Below are positions 8,174 to 16,818 of a DNA stretch of 64,000 nucleotides, one piece after another. The stretch covers positions 22,969 to 86,968 of IMG/VR virus record IMGVR_UViG_3300033153_010610, one strand, 5' to 3'. The stretch is from a virus. How positions within the stretch are numbered: position 1 is the first letter of the stretch; each line of letters begins with the position of its first letter. A program made the position numbers and the translations under genes. Below the pieces are notes generated by a model. It saw only the letters and a program-made list of their open reading frames with translations. It searched no databases and was not told where the DNA came from.

Positions 8174-8769
8174 GGGGTTTCCCGGAAGTGCCAGTGACGA
8201 CCAGGCTGAGGTGCCGGCACCCCAAGCGTTGTCAGGAGTACCGGCCAATGCTTGTCGGCGATACTCTTCGTCCCACGCTCAAAAGAACTCACCAAAACCA
8301 TGTGCACCCCCAGGGCTTCCGCTAGGGTACGTTGTGAGATCCCAGCGTCTGTGCGGGCGCGGAATAGCCAACGTCCGGTCATCAGGTCCCGGATGTGCTT
8401 GGTTATGCGCAGCCCCCCAAAGAGTTGGGGATTCTTCACATCCGCCATGATAGGTGTGCAGACGTCTTGACGACCCGACGCTCGAGCTTCCAGGAAGGGG
8501 CCCTCGTTCAAGATGTAGCAGGTGTCCATGTGTGGGATGGGGAGCCCGTATAGGACTACCTCCTCGGTAGTCAGCAACAGGGAATCATCAGGATGATCTC
8601 GACGGGAGCGGCCGGTGAATTGGCGAATCACAATGTGGCCAGTCGGGTTGAAGGTCCGAGTGAGCCCTCCACCTTGTTTGATGTGCAGAACCTTGCCAGT
8701 ACAATTGACCCAGTTCAGTCTGTCTGGGCGCCTTGGGGTGCTTGTCGTCATCGCTTCCTCTTGAGACAT
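8170..8769 (-). CDS. XRE-family HTH regulator fused to an N-terminal unknown domain
   Basis: C-terminal RARTDAGISQRTLAEALGVHMVLVSSFERG. Confidence 0.7.
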   Translation of the reverse strand: MSQEEAMTTSTPRRPDRLNWVNCTGKVLHIKQGGGLTRTFNPTGHIVIRQFTGRSRRDHPDDSLLLTTEEVVLYGLPIPHMDTCYILNEGPFLEARASGRQDVCTPIMADVKNPQLFGGLRITKHIRDLMTGRWLFRARTDAGISQRTLAEALGVHMVLVSSFERGTKSIADKHWPVLLTTLGVPAPQPGRHWHFRETP

Positions 8770-8784
8770 AAAGCAGTCGTATCA

Positions 8785-8875
8785 ATAATATCGGGAAATA
8801 GGTTGAGGTTGTCCAGAGACACTTGTTTTAAGATTGGCCAGTCATGGACAACAGGCAGTTCTACTGATATAGAAT
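8785..8875. promoter_or_regulatory. Back-to-back divergent promoters TGGACAAC-N17-TA(T/G)(T/A)ATTG
   Basis: AT-rich gap at the strand switch; leftward 8815-8785, rightward 8845-8875; extra inverted repeat AGGTTGAG/CTCAACCT. Confidence 0.65.
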
Positions 8876-8905
8876 TGTGCTCAACCTGCAACCCAACGAG
8901 GGGAT

Positions 8906-9262
8906 ATGTCGGAAGAACAGGACCTGATTGAGCGGCTCTTCGCCGCTGCCATTGTCACACTGTGGCGTCAGCCGATTGATCAACCTATTCCAGAGGTAGA
9001 CTTCTCCATCACTAAGCCCGGAGCAGACATCCCAGGGTCCGCCCCAAACATCCAAATCCACATCCGCGGCCAACTCGCACAGGCGGTAATCCAGAGGTGT
9101 GCTGAGGAACTGGCCGGAGACTCTGTCTACCTACAATTGTGCATGAAAGCGTTCGAGTCCCTGCAGGACGCCCTTGGAGTGGCCGTCGTGAATGGATTCG
9201 ACCTCCCTCCTGAACTCTTGTCGTTGACGGTCGGACCAGATCCTATCGAGGTCACCCATTGA
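8906..9262 (+). CDS. Hypothetical protein
   Basis: First gene of the rightward block, GAGGGG RBS. Confidence 0.6.
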   Translation: MSEEQDLIERLFAAAIVTLWRQPIDQPIPEVDFSITKPGADIPGSAPNIQIHIRGQLAQAVIQRCAEELAGDSVYLQLCMKAFESLQDALGVAVVNGFDLPPELLSLTVGPDPIEVTH

Positions 9263-9633
9263 AGCGGGGGCGTCAAAAACCGCACATTATGGGGGTGACC
9301 CCGCTCGTGTTGGTTATGATGAGCGACGGGAAGGCCTGGTCGATTCCGCAACTCGCCTTTGAAATCTCCAAGTTCCGTGAGCTCGGAAAGAACAATGTCC
9401 GGCAAGCAGTGGTACACATGAGCATGGGCGGTCTTCTTGTTCGAGAACACGTAGAACCTCAGAAAGAGGATGGGGTGTTTTTGCGGGAGCAACATGACAG
9501 GGAGCGTGGCTGTTTGGCACGCTGGGCCTACCGATTGACTACGGAGGGCGCTCAGGAATCCTCCTACGTGCTTCAGCGATTGAAGTGCTTCTATGAGTGG
9601 TGTCGAGAAGAAGAGGTGATTCTGTTCTCGTAG
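9259..9633 (+). CDS. Putative winged-HTH DNA-binding protein
   Basis: SDGKAWSIPQLAFEI...VRQAVVHMSMGGLLVR...AYRLTTEG. Confidence 0.5.
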   Translation: MKRGRQKPHIMGVTPLVLVMMSDGKAWSIPQLAFEISKFRELGKNNVRQAVVHMSMGGLLVREHVEPQKEDGVFLREQHDRERGCLARWAYRLTTEGAQESSYVLQRLKCFYEWCREEEVILFS

Positions 9634-9646
9634 AGAGGAGTTCCCC

Positions 9647-9859
9647 ATGGGCGCAGAAGTACGAAGATGGTACGACCACTTACCGACATCCAAGAATCAA
9701 CGGAAGCCAAAAGAACAGGTGGAGTTTCGTGGCTCGGTTGAAGAGTGGGAGAAGAATGGGGGAACCATCACAAGATGCCCGCCCTGTACGGCGAGCGAAT
9801 ACTGGAAAGAGAAGTGTGCGTGGCAATTCAAAGCAACCAAGGTACCGGGAAACCTGTAG
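9647..9859 (+). CDS. Small protein with SutA RNAP-binding-like motif
   Basis: SVEEWEKNGGTITRCP; GAGGAG RBS. Confidence 0.4.
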   Translation: MGAEVRRWYDHLPTSKNQRKPKEQVEFRGSVEEWEKNGGTITRCPPCTASEYWKEKCAWQFKATKVPGNL

Positions 9860-9861
9860 AC

Positions 9862-10152
9862 ATGAACAAGACTGACATCATCGAATCAATCAAAAACCTC
9901 GCGCCAGTATCAGCAACCCCTGAGGTGAACCCGCCGGCCCCCGCCAAACCTGCTGAGCCCACTATGCAAGACGTGGTGGCCGCCATGCAGCAGACGTTCG
10001 GGGAACTTCGCCAGCACGCGGAAGCCCTGCAGGCCAATCACAACGCCCTCGTGCAGACGACGGCCATGATGGCTGAGCTCATTACCCTGCAGGCGCCCAA
10101 CAGCGAGTTGGCCAGGACTATCATGGCCCGCTTTACGAGGAACGCGGAATGA
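9862..10152 (+). CDS. Hypothetical coiled-coil protein
   Basis: Pro-rich linker then heptad-like helix; stop overlaps the ssb start. Confidence 0.55.
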   Translation: MNKTDIIESIKNLAPVSATPEVNPPAPAKPAEPTMQDVVAAMQQTFGELRQHAEALQANHNALVQTTAMMAELITLQAPNSELARTIMARFTRNAE

Positions 10153-10604
10153 ACGTAGTTTCGTTGGTCGGCCGTCTCGGGAAAGACCCAGAACTCAAGA
10201 CCTACGGCGATAAGTGCGTCACCAACTTCTCTATCGCTACCTCCAGCAGGTTTCTCGACAAGTCCACAGACACGTGGGTTGAGAAGTCTGAGTGGCATCG
10301 ATTGGTGGTGTGGAACGCTCAGGCCAAATCGTGTTGCGCTCAATTGATAAAAGGGTCCCTGGTTTCCGTCCAGGGGTCCTTGCGAACTCGGAAATGGGAG
10401 AGCGATCAAGGGACGCGCTACACCACCGAGATTATGGTGTCGCGTATCGACTTCCTGACAGGATGGGGGAACAAGGCAAAGGAAGAAGCTGGGGTCTCTT
10501 CTGGATACAAAGACTACCAGAACTCCAAGCCTCAAGCGCAAGCTCAACCCACCATCTCTGAAGGCCACGACAGCTTCTCAGACGACGATGATATTCCTTT
10601 CTAA
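10149..10604 (+). CDS. ssb: Single-stranded DNA-binding protein
   Basis: LVGRLGKDPELK, EWHRLVVW, KGSLVSVQGSLRTRKW, C-terminal DDDDIPF. Confidence 0.95.
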   Translation: MNVVSLVGRLGKDPELKTYGDKCVTNFSIATSSRFLDKSTDTWVEKSEWHRLVVWNAQAKSCCAQLIKGSLVSVQGSLRTRKWESDQGTRYTTEIMVSRIDFLTGWGNKAKEEAGVSSGYKDYQNSKPQAQAQPTISEGHDSFSDDDDIPF

Positions 10605-10619
10605 TCAAGGAGAGAGAAG

Positions 10620-10925
10620 ATGACACTAGCGGAACACATCGCAGCCGCCACCGCATTTGAAACCGGAGTCCAGTCGAGGCCGAACGTCCAGTGGGCGGTA
10701 CGTTCCTCGGGGGACAAAGTCCAGTTCATGGCCACCAATATCCAGGTCAATCTCGACATCCGCTACTCGGTATCTCTGGACGCCTGGAATGGCACTGTCA
10801 ACGACACCCTGGTACAGGAAGGCGCTCTTGGGGCCGTGCTTACAGCAGTCCTCGCGGCAGCCCAAGCCATCCTGCAATCTCAGAAGGACCAGCACGACAG
10901 TGACATCACCGTCCTGTCCCCGTAG
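10620..10925 (+). CDS. Hypothetical protein
   Basis: AAGGAG RBS, coherent ORF. Confidence 0.6.
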   Translation: MTLAEHIAAATAFETGVQSRPNVQWAVRSSGDKVQFMATNIQVNLDIRYSVSLDAWNGTVNDTLVQEGALGAVLTAVLAAAQAILQSQKDQHDSDITVLSP

Positions 10926-10933
10926 GAGAACCC

Positions 10934-11497
10934 ATGACGGAGGTTGATGAAAAACGTCAGCGGATTTTAGAAATGCGAGAGTTCGCTGGTCTCGTTTTAG
11001 ACAGTCTGTTTGAGTACGCCATGACTGCTCTACAGACTGCACTGAACGAGGCAGAAGCGGCTGTTCTTGAGGAACTTACCCATGAGGAGGGAACGGTAGT
11101 ACTCGAGGAGTCCCTCCGGAACATGGCCACTACCTCGTTGGAATTGCTCCCGGATCCTGAGCCAGAGTTGGGGACGCTTGCGGTGCCGGACCCGGAGCCG
11201 GACCTCAATTCTCGAACAGAGGCGTACATCACGTCCCTATTCCTTCAGGAGTGCCGTCCTCTGACTGTTGGGGAGATGGAAGATGAGGGGGAGATCGCGT
11301 TCGAGTTGGTCAATAGTGACACGTCCTTCGAGGAGGTCCTTCAGGAGATGGAAGAACGTGGCTTGGTGAGTTCCGCCTTCTCTGACCTGAACTATAAGGT
11401 GTGGGACCTGACTGAGACGTTCATGGCTGCTCTCCAGGAGGCGGAAGATGCTGTTGCAGCAGGACATGTTCCGGGCGTCGAGCCCACCGACGATTGA
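10934..11497 (+). CDS. Highly acidic protein with possible C-terminal wHTH
   Basis: AGGAG RBS; Glu/Asp-rich; RPLTVGEM...LQEMEERGLV...VWDLT. Confidence 0.6.
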   Translation: MTEVDEKRQRILEMREFAGLVLDSLFEYAMTALQTALNEAEAAVLEELTHEEGTVVLEESLRNMATTSLELLPDPEPELGTLAVPDPEPDLNSRTEAYITSLFLQECRPLTVGEMEDEGEIAFELVNSDTSFEEVLQEMEERGLVSSAFSDLNYKVWDLTETFMAALQEAEDAVAAGHVPGVEPTDD

Positions 11498-11990
11498 CCC
11501 CGAGAGCGGCGACGAGAACTACACACCTCCTGAAATCCTATCGCGAGTCCGGATTGCGTTGGGAGGTCAGATAGACCTCGACCCCGCGAGTTGCGATATC
11601 GCCCAATGCGTCATCAAGGCGCGGGACTACTACACCATAAAGGATGATGGTCTGATGTTGCCGTGGTATGGCAGGGTGTTTCTGAACCCTCCGTATAGTC
11701 AGCCGGCGTGTCGCCTGTTCGTCCGGAAGCTAATCGCGTCTCACAAGGCCGGACACGTCCGTAAGGCGGTCCTGTTGATGAACGCGTCCGTTAGCACCAT
11801 CGCGTTCCACGAGGCGGCAGCGTATGCTCTCAGGACCTGTCTGCCCAAAGGCCGCATAGGGTTCTGGCGCCCGACTGGTGAGATCCGGAATCAGAACCGA
11901 TACGACCAGGTATTCTTCTGGTTCGGTTACCACACAGGCAACTTTGAGAAGGCTTTCTCCGACTTCGGGTTGATCGGTAATTTGAGATAG
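11466..11990 (+). CDS. Phage DNA N6-adenine methyltransferase (Dam-like family)
   Basis: YTPPEI, IDLDPAS, DDGLMLPWYGRVFLNPPYS. Confidence 0.85.
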   Translation: MFRASSPPTIDPESGDENYTPPEILSRVRIALGGQIDLDPASCDIAQCVIKARDYYTIKDDGLMLPWYGRVFLNPPYSQPACRLFVRKLIASHKAGHVRKAVLLMNASVSTIAFHEAAAYALRTCLPKGRIGFWRPTGEIRNQNRYDQVFFWFGYHTGNFEKAFSDFGLIGNLR

Positions 11991-12001
11991 AATGGGGTCG
12001 T

Positions 12002-12169
12002 ATGCCTGATGGGGAACACATCCAGTACGACTTCAAGCAACACCTCATCATCTGCACCCGCTGCGGGGTAGAGGTGAAGTGGAACTTGGGGCTGGCCACT
12101 CTAACTGAGATGATCGAAGGCCTCATGAGGATTCGACGGGAGCATGGAAATTGTGTGAAGCTGACCTGA
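12002..12169 (+). CDS. Small Zn-finger protein (55 aa, not in ORF track)
   Basis: Manual translation MPDGEHIQYDF...CTRCG...EHGNC. Confidence 0.5.
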   Translation: MPDGEHIQYDFKQHLIICTRCGVEVKWNLGLATLTEMIEGLMRIRREHGNCVKLT

Positions 12170-12354
12170 CCGAACAGGAGATGCGGCACAAGATGTGGAC
12201 TCACGTCCAGTATCTGCAGGCTGAGATGCTCATCACAAGGGTTCTGATGGCAAGGGACCAAACACCTGCCAGCTTTCAGAAGTATACGACTAAACGTGAG
12301 GAACTACTGGAGGCATATCAAGAATACGCAAGGATGACCAGTGCGCCATCTTGA
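12151..12354 (+). CDS. Hypothetical protein
   Basis: ORF track; start uncertain. Confidence 0.4.
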   Translation: MCEADLTEQEMRHKMWTHVQYLQAEMLITRVLMARDQTPASFQKYTTKREELLEAYQEYARMTSAPS

Positions 12355-12473
12355 AGGGTGGCGTGCTCGAGTTCAAAATAGACGACGTAAGTCGGCGATC
12401 ACCTGGGCAGTCGAAGGGACAAGGTGGTCTTGGGTCAGATGGAGGTTCTGGAAGTGGATATGGAGGAAGGTAG

Positions 12474-12980
12474 ATGAAGGCCAACAAAACGAAGCCCACA
12501 CCGATTCAGAGGATGGCCCGCCGTCATCGTGACCTAACGATCAAGTCGTCTAAGGTTGGCTTGAGTGAACAGGAGAAGGAAGAGTACAAGGCAATCACCA
12601 TTCGGCTACAGCGAATCCAGAAGCCCATCAGCGAGTCCGGCGAGAAGCCCTTCGAGATGCAGGGTCGTCTGTTGCGCCAGGCTGCTGTCTGGGAGCGTAC
12701 GGCTCGGTCGATGGCTGACGTCATCGAGAAGTTCCAAACTGTCGTGAGTGAGAGTGCTCAGGAGGACGGGACCTTCCAGTCCGAGGATCTCACCGAACTG
12801 CACGAGGTGCTGAGTTCTGGCGGTGACCTGATGGAGTGGTACATGAAGTCAGTGGAGGGGTCCGTCGCTCCCGTCGTCCCCGGGGAAGAACCCAGTGGGT
12901 CGAGTCCCGACTCCCATGAGGAAGTCATCGGCGGCGGGGGTCCCAAAACCGGGTTGCCTCCCACTCCTTCCGAAGGCTGA
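12474..12980 (+). CDS. Hypothetical helical protein
   Basis: GGAGG RBS; 3' end overlaps the terminase 3' end convergently. Confidence 0.6.
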   Translation: MKANKTKPTPIQRMARRHRDLTIKSSKVGLSEQEKEEYKAITIRLQRIQKPISESGEKPFEMQGRLLRQAAVWERTARSMADVIEKFQTVVSESAQEDGTFQSEDLTELHEVLSSGGDLMEWYMKSVEGSVAPVVPGEEPSGSSPDSHEEVIGGGGPKTGLPPTPSEG

Positions 12981-14663
12981 GGAGACCTCTGGGTCACCCT
13001 TGACGGCCTCGTCGTCATCTTCCTGTTCATCTCCCAACCAGTAGTCATCATCTCCAGCCTCAGCGCTATCCTCTTCGTCGTCGAAGAAGGCTCCGCCAAA
13101 GTTGAACTTCTGCAGCAGGAGTTCACTGAACCACATCGCCATCACGATATCGTCGTTCTTCGAGGTCGAGACCACTCGGCCGTCATCGACTGTGAAGGAC
13201 TGAAGCTCGGAGATGAGCAACTCGCTCATCCGCTTCGACTCCGGGTCCCCAAACGGGAATCGGAACTTTCCGTTCTCTAGGAGCAGCCGAATCATGGGGA
13301 TGCCACGGTCAGCCATATGTTTCTCGGAACCTGTCTGGTGCCTTTCAATTGGGAAGGGAGAATCTATGATTGCCTCATCGACGACGAAGGCTTGCGCCTG
13401 ATTCGACTCGATGATGCCGGCATCGACCCGATATTTCACCCCGAGTTTGATGAACTGTTTGATGATGCCCCTGAACCCCAGCCCCCGAGCTCGCTCGATG
13501 AGTAGGATGCGGCGGATACCTCTGGAACTGATGCCCACGACATAGAAGACCGTGTAGTCAGCTTTGATGTTGGCAGAGATTCCGATGTCAGCGGAGATAT
13601 AGGTGGCCTCGCAGTTCCGTTCAATCCAAGAGCGGCTCGGGTCCATGTGAGCGCTCTCGTCAATTGTGGGCGGCGCGAAGAGTTCCTCGGGGAAGAGAGT
13701 TGAGAGCGAGGAGATGGCCTTGCACAAGTACTCCCGGGTGAAGGTCAGCGGGCCGACCTCTTCATCGCGAATGTAGTGCAATTGCTCTACGCTGAAGCGT
13801 GACGGCCACAGTGAGAACTCGACCCCCTCCTCATCAGTCTGGAGAGCTGGGAACTCCTCATAGATGAATCCACTGGTGTGTTTGCAGTAGCCGTAGAGGT
13901 CTCCGGTGTGCATAGGCGTGCCCACTACAAAGACCGGGCCGTTGACGGCGGGCAGCAACTGGCCCTTGAAGTTCTCTAGCGCTCGTTTCCGCTCAGTCGG
14001 GGAGAAGAGGCACTCCTGGGCCAGGAGGTCATCGATGATCATCCACTTCGTATGCTGGCCACGCAGGGCTGACTTGGCGCCCTTGGCGAATATCTCACTC
14101 CCGTTGGCCAATTGAATACGGTCCTTGGTCCAGGTCTTCTTCGAGTCATCCGACTTCAGATGGAGCAATTCTGGGGTGTGGATGATACCGAGCAGATCTT
14201 GGTTTGGTGTGCCTTCCTTTAGATGTCTCAGGTGGGTCCAGGAGATGTCACCCTCACCCACCATAGCGCCGTACTCGCCGGGGAAGATGACGTGTGCGAG
14301 CCATAACGGTAGAGCGTACGAGAACCACGCGCTCTTGCCATGGTCTCGAGGAGCAAGGAGACACATCGTTTGGCGTTTGATTTTCGGTTCGTCTGCTTTG
14401 AGGAGCGTCTTGACGATGAGCTCACTCCACTCTTTGTGGTGTTGGACCACCAACATGTGCAGGACGTACTTTGCATAGAATGGAAGGCTGACACGACTCA
14501 TCTCAGTGATGAGACGTTCCTTCTCCTTGCGACGGTCATAGACAACCGCGACCTCGCGGTCGTTCCCGTCACGCAGGATTTCCTCTTCCTCTTCAAACTC
14601 TTGAAGAAGAGAGAGCATTTCAGCCTTGGAGAGATTATTGAGGTCTGATGTATCCCAACTCAT
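12849..14663 (-). CDS. terL: Terminase large subunit
   Basis: Walker A APRDHGKS, LRGQH + Walker B IIDD, coupling motif VVGTP, nuclease ISADIG and NDDIVMA. Confidence 0.92.
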   Translation of the reverse strand: MSWDTSDLNNLSKAEMLSLLQEFEEEEEILRDGNDREVAVVYDRRKEKERLITEMSRVSLPFYAKYVLHMLVVQHHKEWSELIVKTLLKADEPKIKRQTMCLLAPRDHGKSAWFSYALPLWLAHVIFPGEYGAMVGEGDISWTHLRHLKEGTPNQDLLGIIHTPELLHLKSDDSKKTWTKDRIQLANGSEIFAKGAKSALRGQHTKWMIIDDLLAQECLFSPTERKRALENFKGQLLPAVNGPVFVVGTPMHTGDLYGYCKHTSGFIYEEFPALQTDEEGVEFSLWPSRFSVEQLHYIRDEEVGPLTFTREYLCKAISSLSTLFPEELFAPPTIDESAHMDPSRSWIERNCEATYISADIGISANIKADYTVFYVVGISSRGIRRILLIERARGLGFRGIIKQFIKLGVKYRVDAGIIESNQAQAFVVDEAIIDSPFPIERHQTGSEKHMADRGIPMIRLLLENGKFRFPFGDPESKRMSELLISELQSFTVDDGRVVSTSKNDDIVMAMWFSELLLQKFNFGGAFFDDEEDSAEAGDDDYWLGDEQEDDDEAVKGDPEVSSAFGRSGRQPGFGTPAADDFLMGVGTRPTGFFPGDDGSDGPLH

Positions 14664-14675
14664 GTCGGGAGGATA

Positions 14676-14984
14676 TCACGAAACGAATTCGTCGCCCTCG
14701 TAGATGGCAAGGATAGCAGACTCATCTACAAAGAAGCGCCGCTTACCGGCCCAGACGTGTCCGGTGTATCTGCCCAGTAGCACCATGTCCCCTTCTTTCA
14801 CCCCAGTGTCCTCTGTGAAAGACGAGTGTACCGAGAGCACTGTGGCAAACTTGTTGTCTGTCATTTGCATCCGAGCATCGGGTACGCGGATGATCCCGCC
14901 GGGCGTTTTCTCGGGCTTCAAGGCTAATTCGACGAACGCATGTCCGCGATATGCATCGACCTGTTCTGAAGTAAACCAATCCAT
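14676..14984 (-). CDS. groES: GroES-like co-chaperonin
   Basis: EKTPGGII mobile loop, VKEGDMVL..YTG, VDESAILA; GGAGGAG RBS before ATG 14984. Confidence 0.85.
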   Translation of the reverse strand: MDWFTSEQVDAYRGHAFVELALKPEKTPGGIIRVPDARMQMTDNKFATVLSVHSSFTEDTGVKEGDMVLLGRYTGHVWAGKRRFFVDESAILAIYEGDEFVS

Positions 14985-15014
14985 ATTGTTCTCCTCCATC
15001 AATTGGATTCTACA

Positions 15015-15051
15015 AGGTTATGTTGACGAAAACTCAGGGTCAAGCCATCAT
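15015..15051. promoter_or_regulatory. Overlapping divergent sigma70-like promoters
   Basis: Leftward TTGACC-N17-TAACCT (15043-15015); rightward TTGACG-N17-CATCAT (from 15023, weaker). Confidence 0.5.
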
Positions 15052-15127
15052 AAGCGCAGCAGAAGAGGGTTTTACCTCTCATTCGCAAGAGGCATCTGAA
15101 AGCAATGCCCCGCGTTAGAGAAGCAAA

Positions 15128-15736
15128 ATGAACGAGCGCCAATTGACGATCGGGTTCGATAGTGCTGAAGACGCGACCTTCACGTTGTGTTGCTACGAGC
15201 AGACCATCCCCAGGGTTCTGTCTGCCGAAGCAGTCTCTGACTTGAGGAAGGCAGTCCAGCAAGCCTTGGCCCTTGGGGTCGATGTGGACGAGTGCGCCCC
15301 CTCTCTCTTGAGAGCAGTGCGTATGACCGCAGCCGACCGAGAGGCTCAATCGTACTCGGGACAACTGTCGTACGCGACCCCACAGTTCGGTTCCATCGTA
15401 AAGTCGGGGATGCCCGCGCCGTCTCTGAGCAAGAATATGCGTCAGCCCTATCTGGCTGCATGCATCAATCGTACGGCGATGGACCAAGTGGGGAAGTACT
15501 TCGACGACCACAACACCTTCGCCAAGTCGATGGGTGTTGGCATGACGTACCCCACGGTTCCACCCTGGAAATCGGACACAATGGTGGGGCATGTGATGGG
15601 GGCGTTGCTCGCCAAATCATCCGATGCCAATCTCATGACGGCCATTGACGAGAACGGAGAAGCCTGGGTAAAGGACTACACCAGGACCGTTCTGGATGAT
15701 GCGCGTCGTCGCATGTTTCCCAAAGTGAGTTCCTGA
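15128..15736 (+). CDS. Hypothetical protein
   Basis: First ORF of the structural operon; no motif. Confidence 0.6.
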   Translation: MNERQLTIGFDSAEDATFTLCCYEQTIPRVLSAEAVSDLRKAVQQALALGVDVDECAPSLLRAVRMTAADREAQSYSGQLSYATPQFGSIVKSGMPAPSLSKNMRQPYLAACINRTAMDQVGKYFDDHNTFAKSMGVGMTYPTVPPWKSDTMVGHVMGALLAKSSDANLMTAIDENGEAWVKDYTRTVLDDARRRMFPKVSS

Positions 15737-15748
15737 AGGAGATCTGGG

Positions 15749-16252
15749 ATGACCATTTCCGCACTGACCGAAGAACAAAAGCGGCTGCTCGAGCGGCATG
15801 ACCCGGCCCTTAAGAAGGCCAATCTCGCGACTCACTTGGACAACCTCACAGACGACGTCCGCCTGCGTCAAGCGACGGCGACCATCGGTGCTGTTGGGAC
15901 AGAGACGGCCGGCGCGCCGGACTACTACGACGTGCCCGTGACGGTGACGGACAATGATGGCGACGCGCTAACCGCGGCAGTCAACGTCCGCGTCCGCATC
16001 TTTGATGATGTGGGTCTCGCAACTGTTTCGACAGTAGGTGACCATCGTCTGACCGAAGATGGCGCCACGGGTGACATCCATGTCGACAACGTTGTGGACG
16101 CCGTGTATCGAACCAGCGCAACCGGGACACTTGTTGTCCGAGTCGAAGATGTTGCTGGCGGATCTGGAGATTGGATCTACGCGATCGTGACCGACGGCGG
16201 GAACGAGTCCGTGCGCATCGTCGGTGGTACTTTTGCTGTGGAATTCAACTAG
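15749..16252 (+). CDS. Putative virion Ig-like protein, copy 1
   Basis: Beta-rich, AAGGAG RBS, paralog of the next gene. Confidence 0.7.
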   Translation: MTISALTEEQKRLLERHDPALKKANLATHLDNLTDDVRLRQATATIGAVGTETAGAPDYYDVPVTVTDNDGDALTAAVNVRVRIFDDVGLATVSTVGDHRLTEDGATGDIHVDNVVDAVYRTSATGTLVVRVEDVAGGSGDWIYAIVTDGGNESVRIVGGTFAVEFN

Positions 16253-16311
16253 CATCAGATGATGCGCGTCGTCGCATGTTCCCCAAAGTGAGTTCCTGAA
16301 GGAGATCTGGG

Positions 16312-16818
16312 ATGACCACTTCCGCACTGACCGAAGAACAAAAACGACTGCTTGACCGGCATGACCCGGCCCTCAAGAAGGCCACTCTTGCAACGCACCT
16401 GGACAACGTCACAGACGACGTCCGCCTGCGTCAGGCGACGGCAGTGGTCGGTGCGAGAGGAACAGAGACGGCCGGTCCCCCAGACTACTACGACGTCCCC
16501 ATTCAGGTGAATGATGCCGATGGTGTCGCTGTCACTGCGGCAGTCAATCTCCGGGTGCGCATCTTCGATGATATTGGTCTTGCGACCGTCGCAACCGTTG
16601 GTAACCATCGCCTGACCGAAGACGGGGTCACTGGTGATATCCATGTCAACGACGTCATCGACGCTATCTACCGTACGACCGCGGCCGGCGCCCTGGTTAT
16701 CCGGATTGAGGATGTCGCAGGCGGGTCGAACCAAAACCTCTACGTTTTGGTGACTGATGGCGGAAATGAGTCCTTCCGCATCATCGGTGATTCCTTCTTA
16801 GTTCTCTTCAACGCCTAG
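16312..16818 (+). CDS. Putative virion Ig-like protein, copy 2
   Basis: Aligns end to end with copy 1. Confidence 0.7.
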   Translation: MTTSALTEEQKRLLDRHDPALKKATLATHLDNVTDDVRLRQATAVVGARGTETAGPPDYYDVPIQVNDADGVAVTAAVNLRVRIFDDIGLATVATVGNHRLTEDGVTGDIHVNDVIDAIYRTTAAGALVIRIEDVAGGSNQNLYVLVTDGGNESFRIIGDSFLVLFNA

